A stretch of DNA of 64,000 nucleotides. Origin: Vicinamibacterales bacterium. Lineage in GTDB: Bacteria > Acidobacteriota > Vicinamibacteria > Vicinamibacterales > SCN-69-37. Position numbers and translations under genes: made by a program. Where the stretch lies: the NCBI GenBank assembly GCA_039925145.1, contig JBDSZL010000087.1:50222-114221 (forward strand), written 5' to 3'. Shown in pieces: positions 28,208 to 38,140 of the stretch (the stretch's first letter is position 1; each line of letters begins with the position of its first letter). The notes under the pieces were generated by a model, which was given only the letters and a program-made list of their open reading frames with translations, was not told the DNA's origin and did no database searches.

Positions 28208-29215
28208 CTAAGCTTTCTTGCCACCCCAGTAGGCGGGCAGCACCATGTCGCGCATGGTCCGCAGCCCGGGCGCGGCCTGGAGCAGCTTCGGAATCGAGTT
28301 GACGACAATGGCTTCGGTCGCGATGTCGCCGTGCACGCCCCCCGAAATCTTCATCGTCAATGGCGGCACCCCGGCGATACGCACCGCATCGAATGACTCC
28401 GGCGCATCCAGGTAGGCCTCCATGTGGAGGGTGATGAGCGGCCGCCCTTTGCGGTAGCCGACGCCGTCCTGCACTAGTCCACTCACGTGACCGGGCGCCA
28501 CCGTAATGGGGCCGCTCGACACCGCGCTCGTCGCCAGCTTGGGTTGGATGTCGTCGCTGATGCGATCGAGCTTCCAACCCATCGCGTCGGCAATCATGCT
28601 GATCGACTGGGCCAGCCCGACGTGCCGCACCGTGCCTGCTTCGAGCTGAGCGGAGAACTCCTCCACAGTCAGGCCCGCGCCAATCTTGCGCTGGAAAGGC
28701 TGGCGGCGCGACCGGGCGTCCTGCACGCGATCGACCTCGATGCTGTCCACCCGCGCACACACGGCGGTCAAGGCGATCGGCAATGCGTCCATCACGAAGC
28801 CGGGGTTCACTCCCGTTGCGAGCACCGCGACCCTTCCGCGCTTGGCCAGCGCGTCGATCCGCTTGGCCATGGCCGCGTGCTGTTTGACCGGATACGCGAG
28901 CTCTTCGGTCGTGGACACAATCGGAACCTTCAGCTTCAGCACCGTCTCCAGAACGGGAAGGACCTGGACGAGCGAGGAGCTGGTGCACAGCACCACGACG
29001 TCGGCACGCGTCGCACGAATCGCCTGGGCGAGATCCTGGGTCACCACAACGCCCAGCCGTCGCCGCAGTCGGCACACCTCGCCGACGTCGCGCCCAATCT
29101 TGGCGGGATCGACGTCGACGGCGCCGACGGTCAGCAGCCCGGGCCTGCTGGCAGTCTGCCGGACGACGCCGGCTCCGATCGGTCCGAGACCGACGTGCAG
29201 AACTTTGATGGGCAA
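28208..29215 (-). CDS. 2,4-diaminopentanoate dehydrogenase-like NAD(P)-dependent oxidoreductase (DapB-like N-terminus)
   Basis: GLGPIG Rossmann motif, STTEEL, TGVNPGFVMD, KIGAG, GDIAT, PGL; TTG start at 29215 with GGAG upstream. Confidence 0.8.
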   Translation of the reverse strand: MPIKVLHVGLGPIGAGVVRQTASRPGLLTVGAVDVDPAKIGRDVGEVCRLRRRLGVVVTQDLAQAIRATRADVVVLCTSSSLVQVLPVLETVLKLKVPIVSTTEELAYPVKQHAAMAKRIDALAKRGRVAVLATGVNPGFVMDALPIALTAVCARVDSIEVDRVQDARSRRQPFQRKIGAGLTVEEFSAQLEAGTVRHVGLAQSISMIADAMGWKLDRISDDIQPKLATSAVSSGPITVAPGHVSGLVQDGVGYRKGRPLITLHMEAYLDAPESFDAVRIAGVPPLTMKISGGVHGDIATEAIVVNSIPKLLQAAPGLRTMRDMVLPAYWGGKKA

Positions 29216-29287
29216 GGTTATGACTCCAGCAGAAGCAATCAATTGTAGGATCTCTCGGCCCCTGCATGCGTCCCTTCCTGCCAAGCT

Positions 29288-30340
29288 ATGCGCTCGTCAC
29301 GTGACCGGCTTCCGCCGCCTGGCAGACCGCGAGGGCACGTGACGAATGCGCTTCGACGTGGCTGGCGCCTGGCCGTTTCCGCCCCGGCGGTGTTCCTCGG
29401 CGCCTGGGTCCTGACGCTGGCAGCCGGCTTTCTGCTCTCGACGGCCGTGGGCGGCCCCGTCGAGGTCGAGCCTGGACTCGGCCTAGTGGCGCGCAGCGGC
29501 GAATACCGTGGCATATCGATCGGCGCCGGTGCCCAGCCCGGGGCTGCTGCCATCGCCGACCAGCTCGCCCGCGAGTTGCTCGGGTTCGGCGCAATCCCGA
29601 CCACCCTCAGTCCTATGCTGATAGCGAAACCGTTCAATGCGGCTCTCGCGGGCGTCGTCTGCGCCTGGTTGCTGGGCTGGACCTTCGCGATGGGAGGGGT
29701 CCTCGCGCGGTTTGCTCGCGGTGCGCCCCTCCGGGCCCCAGCGTTCCTGTCGGCATGCCGCACCTCGTTCTTCCCGCTTCTGCGGCTTGGCGTGCTCGTG
29801 GGGCTGAGCTACTGGGCGCTGCTTGTCTGGGTAAATCCCTGGCTTGGCCGCCTGACAATGCCGGCTGCTGGTGTGACGGGCGATCCCGGAAGGCTGCAGG
29901 CTCGAGCCCTCGTTTCCGCTCTTTTTGTGCTGGGCATGGCGCTGGTCAGCGTGGTCTCCGACTTCGCGAGAATCCGCCTTGTGGTCGAGGACCGATTGAG
30001 TGCGGTTGCCGTAGTGGCCGCATCCGCGCGGTTCATTCGACGACGGCTCGCGAGGGTTGGGGCGCTCTTCGCCGCGAACATCGTGCTGCAACTCCTCCTT
30101 GCGACGCTCTGGCTGAGCATGGCTCCCCTGGGCTATACATCCGCGTGGGTGATATTCCTGATCGGCCAGATCTACCTGCTCGTTCGGCTGGTCGCTCGTC
30201 TCGCGCTCATCGCCTCGGAGGTGACGTTCTTCCAGGACGAGCTTGGCGGATATCCGACAACTGGGGAGGCCGAGCCGATCTGGCCTGATTCTCCGGCCGC
30301 CGACCCCGCTTCGGGCGTGAGCGCCAGCCCGCACCGATGA
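29288..30340 (+). CDS. Hypothetical multi-pass membrane protein
   Basis: 350-aa ORF with about 6 hydrophobic segments and DFARIRLVVEDR; start may be GTG 29339. Confidence 0.65.
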   Translation: MRSSRDRLPPPGRPRGHVTNALRRGWRLAVSAPAVFLGAWVLTLAAGFLLSTAVGGPVEVEPGLGLVARSGEYRGISIGAGAQPGAAAIADQLARELLGFGAIPTTLSPMLIAKPFNAALAGVVCAWLLGWTFAMGGVLARFARGAPLRAPAFLSACRTSFFPLLRLGVLVGLSYWALLVWVNPWLGRLTMPAAGVTGDPGRLQARALVSALFVLGMALVSVVSDFARIRLVVEDRLSAVAVVAASARFIRRRLARVGALFAANIVLQLLLATLWLSMAPLGYTSAWVIFLIGQIYLLVRLVARLALIASEVTFFQDELGGYPTTGEAEPIWPDSPAADPASGVSASPHR

Positions 30341-30395
30341 TGTCGGGCCGGGTCCGGGTAGTCTTGCCGGCGCGAGAAGACATACACTGAAAACC

Positions 30396-30785
30396 GTGCC
30401 CGGCATAGAACGACTGCCGACGGGCGTGCCACGAAATGCGCCGACGCATCCGCACGACGCGATGGAGGATCTGCGGTGCTTCGTCACGATGAGCCGCCGG
30501 CACGAGACGGATGTCAGGCAGCGGCAGATCCTCGCTAGAATCGACGACGACCCGGAATCGACGCTGATGTTTGGCGACGTGGTGACCTGCGAGGTTCAGC
30601 CCGGGACTCATCTTCTGCGGGCCAACAACACGCTGTTCTGGAAGCGGTTGAAGTTCGGCATCGAACCGGGGGAACATCTCGAGTTCCGGCTCATCAACCG
30701 ATCGGGCCGGTTCACGCTCGGGCTGCTCGCCGTGCTTGGCGTGGCGCCGTTGTTTCTGAAGATCGAGCGCCGAAGCATCGCCTAG
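30396..30785 (+). CDS. Hypothetical protein
   Basis: Fills an intergenic gap; beta-rich (EVQPGTHLLRANN); TACACT 7 nt before the GTG. Confidence 0.65.
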   Translation: MPGIERLPTGVPRNAPTHPHDAMEDLRCFVTMSRRHETDVRQRQILARIDDDPESTLMFGDVVTCEVQPGTHLLRANNTLFWKRLKFGIEPGEHLEFRLINRSGRFTLGLLAVLGVAPLFLKIERRSIA

Positions 30786-30871
30786 TTGGAACCCCGGCGG
30801 TCTCCAGCATCACAGGCAGGTCTGCGGAGTCGAGCGCACGGTGCGCTCGAGAGGAGAATGAAGGTCTCACG

Positions 30872-32470
30872 ATGATCGGAGTGCAAGGCGTTTCGATGCG
30901 GTATGGCGGCAAGGTGCTGTTCGAAGACGTGACGACCACGTTTTCATCGGGACGCCGCTACGGGCTGACGGGTCCGAACGGGTCTGGCAAGTCGACGTTC
31001 ATGAAGCTGCTGACTGGTGAGCTGCAGCCGCAGAAGGGCACCGTGTCGACGCCGCGCAAGTTGGGCGTGCTCCGGCAGGATCAGTTCGCCTTCGACGAGT
31101 TCCGCGTGATTGACGCCGTCGTGATGGGAAATGCCCGGCTCTGGAAGGCGTTGCAGGACCGCGAGAAGCTGTACGAGAAGACCGACCTCACCGATGAAGA
31201 CGGCATGCGGCTGGGCGAGCTCGAGGGAATCGTCGGCGAAGAGGACGGCTATACCGCGGAGAGTGACGCGGCAATCCTGCTGCAAGGGCTCGACATCGCG
31301 GATGAGTTGCACGACCGGACGATGGCCGAACTGCAGGGCGGTCAGAAGGTGCGCGTGCTGCTCGCACAGGCGCTATTCGGCCACCCCCAGGCTCTGCTGC
31401 TCGACGAGCCGACCAACCATCTGGATCTCGACTCGATTCATTGGCTTCGCGAGTTCCTGATCCGCTACGACGGCACGCTGATCGTCATCTCGCACGACAG
31501 GCACTTTCTCAACGGCGTCTGCACCCACACTGCAGACATCGACTACCAGACCATCATCACCTACACCGGCGGATACGACGACATGGTGATGGCCAAAACG
31601 CAGATCCGCTCGACGATCGAAGGGCAGAATGCGCAGCGCGAGAAGAAGATCGAACAGCTCAACGACTTCATCGCGCGGTTTTCGGCCGGCACGCGATCGA
31701 GTCAGGTGCAGTCACGTCGCAAGGAAGTCGAGCGTCTGCAGACCACTGAGCTGGCGCGCTCCAACATCCAGCGGCCGTACATCCGGTTTCAGATGAACCG
31801 TCCTTCCGGCAAGGTGGCGCTCGAATGCAGCGGCGTCTCAAAGGCATTTGGGGCGCTGCGGGTGCTTCCCGGGTTCGGCGCCATCGTGAACCGCGGCGAG
31901 AAGATCGTGCTCGTCGGCCGCAACGGCGTGGGGAAGACCACGCTCCTCCGCGCGCTTCTGGCTGACGCGCCCGGGATGAAGGCCTCGCGTGCCGATATCG
32001 ACAGCGGCACCGCGCGCTGGGGTCACGAAGTGTCGATCGGCTACTTTCCGCAGGATGCGACCGGGCTTATCGAGAAAGGCTGGACGGCTGCCGACTGGCT
32101 CCATCAGTTCGACCCGGCCGCCTCCCGACAGGATATCCACGGGCTGCTCGGGCAGATGCTCTTCACCGGCGAAGAGGGCCTGAAGCCCACGCATGCCCTT
32201 TCGGGCGGCGAGACCGCACGCCTGCTGTTCTGCCGCATCATGCTGCAGAAGCCAAACGTCCTGGTGCTCGACGAGCCAACCAATCACCTCGATCTCGAAT
32301 CCATCAACGCACTCAACGTCGCCCTGCAGAAGTACGAGGGTACCCTGCTGCTCGTGACCCACGACCAGGACCTGATGGAGGAAGTCGGCACCCGGATCTG
32401 GCACTTCGGCGAGGGTCGGATCGACGACTTCAAAGGGACCTACGAGGAGTTCGAAGGCTCAGCCGCGTGA
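30872..32470 (+). CDS. ABC-F family ATP-binding protein (YbiT-like)
   Basis: Two Walker A motifs (GPNGSGKST, GRNGVGKTT), two LDEPTNHLD, linker, no TM segments. Confidence 0.93.
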   Translation: MIGVQGVSMRYGGKVLFEDVTTTFSSGRRYGLTGPNGSGKSTFMKLLTGELQPQKGTVSTPRKLGVLRQDQFAFDEFRVIDAVVMGNARLWKALQDREKLYEKTDLTDEDGMRLGELEGIVGEEDGYTAESDAAILLQGLDIADELHDRTMAELQGGQKVRVLLAQALFGHPQALLLDEPTNHLDLDSIHWLREFLIRYDGTLIVISHDRHFLNGVCTHTADIDYQTIITYTGGYDDMVMAKTQIRSTIEGQNAQREKKIEQLNDFIARFSAGTRSSQVQSRRKEVERLQTTELARSNIQRPYIRFQMNRPSGKVALECSGVSKAFGALRVLPGFGAIVNRGEKIVLVGRNGVGKTTLLRALLADAPGMKASRADIDSGTARWGHEVSIGYFPQDATGLIEKGWTAADWLHQFDPAASRQDIHGLLGQMLFTGEEGLKPTHALSGGETARLLFCRIMLQKPNVLVLDEPTNHLDLESINALNVALQKYEGTLLLVTHDQDLMEEVGTRIWHFGEGRIDDFKGTYEEFEGSAA

Positions 32471-32964
32471 TGTCCCTGCTGCGATACGTGGCGCTGGTCG
32501 CGCTGGCGCTGTGGGTCGGAGGGCTCGTCGCGCTCGGCGGCGTCGCGGCGCCGACCATCTTCCGTGTCCTCGAACAGCAGATGCCGAGCGGCGGTCGCGA
32601 GTTGGCCGGCGTGCTGTTCGGCACCATCTTCTCCACGTTTCAGCACGTGTCGTGGGGACTGGGCCTGGTGCTGCTGGCCTCGCTCGCCGCGCGCGCGGCG
32701 CTCGGCCCGCGGCCTCCCCGCTTCGGGCGCCGCATGTGGGTGGTCAGCGGCATGCTGGCCGGCAGCCTTCTGGCAACCTTCGTCATCGCGCCACGCATCG
32801 AGACCATTCGGGCGAGTGTCCCGGGACCTGTCGCCAGCCTGCCAGACGACGATGCGCGCAAGGTCACCTTTGGTCGCTTGCACGGGCTCTCGAACGGACT
32901 CCTGCTGGTCATCGTCGCAGCCGGTCTCGGTCTGATGTGGACCGAGGCACGCGAGCAGCCCTGA
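32467..32964 (+). CDS. DUF4149/TMEM205-like membrane protein
   Basis: WVGG....VAAPTIF, FVIAP, FGRLHGLS. Confidence 0.75.
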   Translation: MMSLLRYVALVALALWVGGLVALGGVAAPTIFRVLEQQMPSGGRELAGVLFGTIFSTFQHVSWGLGLVLLASLAARAALGPRPPRFGRRMWVVSGMLAGSLLATFVIAPRIETIRASVPGPVASLPDDDARKVTFGRLHGLSNGLLLVIVAAGLGLMWTEAREQP

Positions 32965-32982
32965 GCGGTCGCGCACTCCCAG

Positions 32983-35814
32983 CTATCTCACCAGCCCACC
33001 GTCTGCATTGCGAACTTCAATGGCGCCAAGGTTGAGTTGCGTCAGACCCGGCTCGATCTTGGATCGATCACCGACGGCTACGACGATCATCCGGGCAGGA
33101 TCCAGATAGCGCCTGGCAGCGCCTTGTGCGGCGGCCGACGTGACACCCGTAATCTGAGCGGGAAAGGCCGCGTAGTAGTTGAGACCGAGCTGGTAGATGA
33201 AGAGGTTGCTCAGCACGTCCACGGTGCGGTCGCTGGTCTCGAACTCGCTGGGCAGTCCCCGAACGATCGAGTCCTTCGCCATCGTCAGTTCCTCGGCGGT
33301 CATTGGTGCCGCGATGATGCGGCCGAGCTCGTTGAAAATCTCGGATACAGCGGGCGCAGTGGCGTCGGTTCTCACCGCTGTCGTCACCCAGAAGATCCCT
33401 GGCTGCTTTCTCCAGACGAACTGGGTCGAGGCACCGTACGTGTACCCGTGGGCTTCACGCAAATTGAGGTTGATCCGGCTCGAGAACAGCCCCCCGAGCA
33501 CCGCGTTCATGACCGTCAACGCCGGATACTCCGGCACGGAGCGCGGCACACCCAGGCTGGCGACGATGAGTTCGGTCTGTGGAGCACCAGGACGATCGTT
33601 CAGCACGATCCGGGCGCGCGTTGGGGCGCCAGTGCCCGCCGCTGGCTGCGGCACCGTCCCAGCAGCCCAGCCTCCGAACGTTTTCTCGACCAGGGCTCGC
33701 AGGGCGGCTTCTCCAAGGGGACTGGCCACAATGAGGGCTGCATTGCCGGGCACGAAGTTCCGCTTCCAGAATCCAGCGATGTCGTCGCGCGTAGTGGCCT
33801 TGGCAGCGGCCTCGTTGCCCAGTTCGATGTAGCCGTACGGATGGGCCGGGCCGAACAGGGCGGCAACGGCATTAATGGAGGCGACCCCGCTGGCGCTCTG
33901 GTGCGTAGCTGCCAGGTTCGCGAGACGGCTGCGCCGCTGGCGCTCGACCTCGTCGGCTGGAAACGTGGGATGCAGTGCCACGTCGGCCAGAAGCGAGAGG
34001 GCCGGCTCGAAGTTTCGCGTCAGCGAGCCGAGCCACACGCTCATCGAGTCCTTCGCTGAGGTGGCAGTCAGCGATGCGCCGATCTGCGCCAGCTCATCGG
34101 CAATCGCGGCTGCATTGCGTGTGGCCGTGCCCTGATCGAGGAGCGTCATCGTGAAGTTGGCGAGCCCCGATCGATCCGCCGGGTTGGCATCGCCGCCGGT
34201 TCTGAAGACGAGGCTGGCCGAGCCGACAGGCAGGCCCTGTCGCACCTGATAGATCACGGTCAAGCCGTTGGGCAGGGTGAAGGACGATGGTGTCGGCAGG
34301 CTGACCGCCGCGGTCGATCGGGCCTGCGGGCGCGTGGCTCGCCAGGCTGCGTCGGGATTGATCGCTTCGGCACCTGTGCCGGGTGCGGCGGCCGGTGGCG
34401 GCGGAGTGGCGACGGCCACTCCGAGGTCCGGCTCTCCTGGCACGCCGTACAGCACAACTCTCGACGATGGTACCAGGAACTGCGTCGCGAACGCTTTGAC
34501 CGACTCCGCGCTGACGTGCCGGTGCTCGTTGATGTACGTCGGCAGGTGGCCTGGGTCTCCAACGTAGTGGTTGAACTGATTCAGGGTGTCGGCCACGCCG
34601 CCGAATCCGCCAAGGTTCTCGAGACCCGAGATCATGGACGTCTCGAACGTGTTGCGTGCGCGCTGGAGCTCCTGCGGACTCGGCCCCTCACGACGAAATC
34701 GCTCGAGCTCGGCGCCAATCGCCGCTTCGACCTCTTCGGGCGTATGGCCCGGACGCACGGTTGCGACGATTTGAAACACCGATGTCAGCGCCATCGACTG
34801 CTGGAAGGCAGAGACGTCCTGTGCGATCTGCTTGTCGTACACCAGGCTCTTGTAGAGACGACTCGACTTGTTGCCGCCGAGGATGCTCCCAACCGCGTCG
34901 GCGTCCGCATCGCCCGGCTTGAAGAATGGCGGCGTGAGCCATGCCATGTAGACGCGCGTCAACTCCACGCGGTCCCGCACGACGACGCGTCGCTCGGCGC
35001 CCAGGCGCGGCGTCTCGGGCGTGGTCTTCGGCACCCCGGGTCCACGCTTCAGGGGTCCAAAGTATTGCTCCACGAGGCGTTTCGCATCGGTCTTGTTGAT
35101 GTCACCCACGATTGCGAGGCTCGCGTTATTCGGCGCGTAGTGCTGCTTGAAGAACTGCTTCACATCGTCGAGCTTCGCGGCCTGTATGTCGGCGTGCGAC
35201 CCGATCACGTTGCCGTAGTAGGGGTGTGAGCGTGGGAACAACTCGTGGAACAGCGCCTCCTGCACCATGCCGTACGGCACGTTCTCGTGTGATTGCCGCC
35301 GCTCGTTGCGCACGACGTCCTGCTGGTTCGCAAGCTTGAGCTCGTCCACGGTATCCAGCAGATAGCCCATGCGATCCGATTCCATCCAGAGTCCCAGTTC
35401 GAGCTCGTTGGCCGGCAGCGTCTCGAAATAGTTCGTGCGATCGAAGCTGGTGGTGCCGTTGACATTGCTCGCGCCAGCCGCCTCGAGCAGCTGGAAATGA
35501 CTGTCGCCTGGCACGTGCTTCGAGCCCTGGAACATCATGTGTTCGAAGAGGTGCGCGAACCCGGTGCGGCCCGCAGCTTCGTTGGCCGGCCCCACGTGAT
35601 ACCAGACATTGACGGCCACGAGCGGCAGCCGGCGATCCTCGGACAGGATCACCTCCAGACCATTGGAGAGGACGTACTTCTCGAAGGGAATTGTCGCCGG
35701 CGCGTCGGACGCACTCGTCGTGGTGCTTGTCGGCCTACCGGCGTGGGCGCATCCGCCCGCGTACACGGCCACGGAACTCACGACCAGTGGCAGCAGAAAC
35801 AGGCTGGGACGCAT
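32983..35814 (-). CDS. M16 (pitrilysin) zinc peptidase, fused two-half form, probable lipoprotein
   Basis: GFAHLFEH (HxxEH), NGTT..DRTNY, second half with SSRINLNLRE..GYTYG; AAGGAG SD; lipobox-like AGGC. Confidence 0.9.
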   Translation of the reverse strand: MRPSLFLLPLVVSSVAVYAGGCAHAGRPTSTTTSASDAPATIPFEKYVLSNGLEVILSEDRRLPLVAVNVWYHVGPANEAAGRTGFAHLFEHMMFQGSKHVPGDSHFQLLEAAGASNVNGTTSFDRTNYFETLPANELELGLWMESDRMGYLLDTVDELKLANQQDVVRNERRQSHENVPYGMVQEALFHELFPRSHPYYGNVIGSHADIQAAKLDDVKQFFKQHYAPNNASLAIVGDINKTDAKRLVEQYFGPLKRGPGVPKTTPETPRLGAERRVVVRDRVELTRVYMAWLTPPFFKPGDADADAVGSILGGNKSSRLYKSLVYDKQIAQDVSAFQQSMALTSVFQIVATVRPGHTPEEVEAAIGAELERFRREGPSPQELQRARNTFETSMISGLENLGGFGGVADTLNQFNHYVGDPGHLPTYINEHRHVSAESVKAFATQFLVPSSRVVLYGVPGEPDLGVAVATPPPPAAAPGTGAEAINPDAAWRATRPQARSTAAVSLPTPSSFTLPNGLTVIYQVRQGLPVGSASLVFRTGGDANPADRSGLANFTMTLLDQGTATRNAAAIADELAQIGASLTATSAKDSMSVWLGSLTRNFEPALSLLADVALHPTFPADEVERQRRSRLANLAATHQSASGVASINAVAALFGPAHPYGYIELGNEAAAKATTRDDIAGFWKRNFVPGNAALIVASPLGEAALRALVEKTFGGWAAGTVPQPAAGTGAPTRARIVLNDRPGAPQTELIVASLGVPRSVPEYPALTVMNAVLGGLFSSRINLNLREAHGYTYGASTQFVWRKQPGIFWVTTAVRTDATAPAVSEIFNELGRIIAAPMTAEELTMAKDSIVRGLPSEFETSDRTVDVLSNLFIYQLGLNYYAAFPAQITGVTSAAAQGAARRYLDPARMIVVAVGDRSKIEPGLTQLNLGAIEVRNADGGLVR

Positions 35815-35922
35815 GGACGGCTCCTTTGACGGCCGGCGACCGTCCGGCAGCTCGTATTCTGGCATGGAGAGATCCCCGGCGGCCGACGTCAGCTACGAAC
35901 CCCAAGCCGTGTACGATGTCTC

Positions 35923-36927
35923 ATGCCCCACGCGATAACTCTGATCCCGGGAGACGGCATCGGGCCGGAAGTGACCGAGGCCGTGGTCCGGATCCTCGAC
36001 GCGAGCGGCGTGCAGATCGAGTGGGATCGGCACGACGCGGGGCTCCGCGCCGCCGAGCAGACCGGCAAAACGATCCCCGACACCCTGCTGGCATCGATCC
36101 GGCAGCACAAGGTCGCGCTCAAGGGCCCGTGCGCCACGCCCATCGGCGAAGGGTTCACGAGCGTGAACGTGGGTCTGCGCAAGACGCTCGACCTGTACAC
36201 GAACCTGCGCCCGGTCGAGAACCTGCCAGGCGTGCCGAGCCGATTCGATCACGTCAATCTCATCATCGTGCGCGAGAACACGGAAGATCTGTATGCCGGC
36301 CTCGAGCACACCATCATTCCTGGGGTCGTCGAAAGTCTGAAGATCATCACGAAGGACGCATCGATTCGCATCGCGGAATATGCCTTTCGATACGCGCGGC
36401 GGCTCGGACGCAAGAAAGTGACGGCCGTCCACAAAGCCAACATCATGAAGTTGAGCGATGGGTTGTTTCTGGAGTGCACGCGGGAAATCTCCAGGCAGTT
36501 CACCGACATCACCTACGAAGAGAAGATTGTGGACGCGGCGTGCATGCACATGGTCATGCACCCGGAGCAGTTCGATGTGCTCGTGCTGCCGAACCTGTAT
36601 GGCGACATCGTCTCGGATCTGTGTGCGGGCCTTGTTGGTGGTCTGGGCCTGGTCCCGGGCGCAAACCTCGGCACCGACATCGCGGTGTTCGAGGCAGTCC
36701 ACGGCACGGCTCCCGATCTGGCCGGGCGCAACCTGGCGAACCCCACGGCTTTGCTGCTCTCTGCGCTGCTGATGCTGCGGCACATTGGCGAGACGTCGGC
36801 GGCCGAACGCATCCGTCAGGCGCTCTATCGCGTGTTCGAAGCTGGCGCGGTTCGCACGGGCGATCTGGGTGGCAGCGCCACGACATCGGCCTTCGCGGAC
36901 GAAGTGATCCGCGAGGTGCGCCAATGA
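35923..36927 (+). CDS. NAD-dependent isocitrate/isopropylmalate dehydrogenase family protein
   Basis: GDGIGPE, SVNVGLRK, RENTEDLY, VHKANIMK, NLYGDIVSD, FEAVHG, ANP. Confidence 0.92.
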   Translation: MPHAITLIPGDGIGPEVTEAVVRILDASGVQIEWDRHDAGLRAAEQTGKTIPDTLLASIRQHKVALKGPCATPIGEGFTSVNVGLRKTLDLYTNLRPVENLPGVPSRFDHVNLIIVRENTEDLYAGLEHTIIPGVVESLKIITKDASIRIAEYAFRYARRLGRKKVTAVHKANIMKLSDGLFLECTREISRQFTDITYEEKIVDAACMHMVMHPEQFDVLVLPNLYGDIVSDLCAGLVGGLGLVPGANLGTDIAVFEAVHGTAPDLAGRNLANPTALLLSALLMLRHIGETSAAERIRQALYRVFEAGAVRTGDLGGSATTSAFADEVIREVRQ

Positions 36928-37045
36928 CGTCGTCGCGGCACGCTCGGCACCTGTGCGGTCGACTCGCGTGGGGCCTCCGGCCCGCCGCTGTGGCCTCTGC
37001 TATAGTGCGACTACCGTGAGGCCCGCAACGATCAAACAGGCCGTC

Positions 37046-38140
37046 ATGGCCCGCGACGACGTGGCGCGATATATGCGCGATCCGGCGGGCGGTTCAGACG
37101 CCGACGCGCGCGAGCGCATCGAGGGATACCTCGAAGAGCTCCGCACGACACAGCGCTACCGGTTCTATCGCGCGCTGCAACATCCGCTCTACCCCATTCT
37201 CCGGAAGGTCCGCCGTGTGGCGGAGCACGTCGAGCACGCGGCCGAGGGAATCAGGCGCGGCCGGGTCGTGTATGTCTCGAATCACAAGAGCCACCTCGAT
37301 TACCTGATCGAGCCGCTGGTCCTCGACGACAACGGCATCCGTCCCCCGCTGCTGGCCGCGGGCATCAACCTGTTCGGGGGCGCGCTCGGCCTGCTCCACC
37401 GGCATGTCACGGGCGCGGTGCCGATTCGGCGCAACAGCAAGGACCCGCTGTACCTGGTGACACTGCGGGCCTACGTCGCCGAGCTGCTCAAGGAGCGCGA
37501 CCTGTTGTATTACGCCGAAGGCGGACGCAGCTACAGCGGTGAGCTGAAGTCGCCAAAGACAGGGCTGCTCCAGGCGGCACTGCTGGCCGATCGGGACGAG
37601 CTGTCTATCGTGCCGATGGCTGTCGCCTACGATCTCGTTCTCGAAGATCGCATCCTCTCGCGTGAGGCAATCAGACGCCGCCACCGGCCATTTGCCCAGG
37701 AAGTGGCCGAGATGGCCCGGCACGCCGTGGGGTATCACAGTCGGGCGTTCGTGACGTTCGGGGCCCCGATCCCACTCGCGCCGTTCGACCCAGCGTCGCG
37801 GCGCGATCTGGTGACGTTGACCCATCGGGTACACGATCAGATTGGCCTGCTGCACAAGGTCCTGCCCACCGCGCTCGTCGCGTCCGTCGTCCGTCCACAG
37901 ATGACGGTGGCCGACCTCACGAGTCGACTCGACGACATGGTGGCCATGCTCGCCGCCCTTGGAGCGAATCTGGCCGTGCAGAGCGGCAAACAAGCGGCTG
38001 AAGAAGGGCTGGCTCTGCTCGGCGAGCGGGGAGTGCTCGTGACCGACGGCCCGCGGCTTCGCGTACGCGACCGGGTCGTGTTGCGCTTTTACGGCCGCAC
38101 GATTCAGCATCTGTTGCACCGAAGCAGGACCACCCACTGA
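37046..38140 (+). CDS. Glycerolipid acyltransferase (compact PlsB/GPAT/DHAPAT-like)
   Basis: NHKSHLDY (HX4D), AAGINL, PIRR, YAEGGRSYSG; start could be GTG 37016. Confidence 0.82.
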   Translation: MARDDVARYMRDPAGGSDADARERIEGYLEELRTTQRYRFYRALQHPLYPILRKVRRVAEHVEHAAEGIRRGRVVYVSNHKSHLDYLIEPLVLDDNGIRPPLLAAGINLFGGALGLLHRHVTGAVPIRRNSKDPLYLVTLRAYVAELLKERDLLYYAEGGRSYSGELKSPKTGLLQAALLADRDELSIVPMAVAYDLVLEDRILSREAIRRRHRPFAQEVAEMARHAVGYHSRAFVTFGAPIPLAPFDPASRRDLVTLTHRVHDQIGLLHKVLPTALVASVVRPQMTVADLTSRLDDMVAMLAALGANLAVQSGKQAAEEGLALLGERGVLVTDGPRLRVRDRVVLRFYGRTIQHLLHRSRTTH

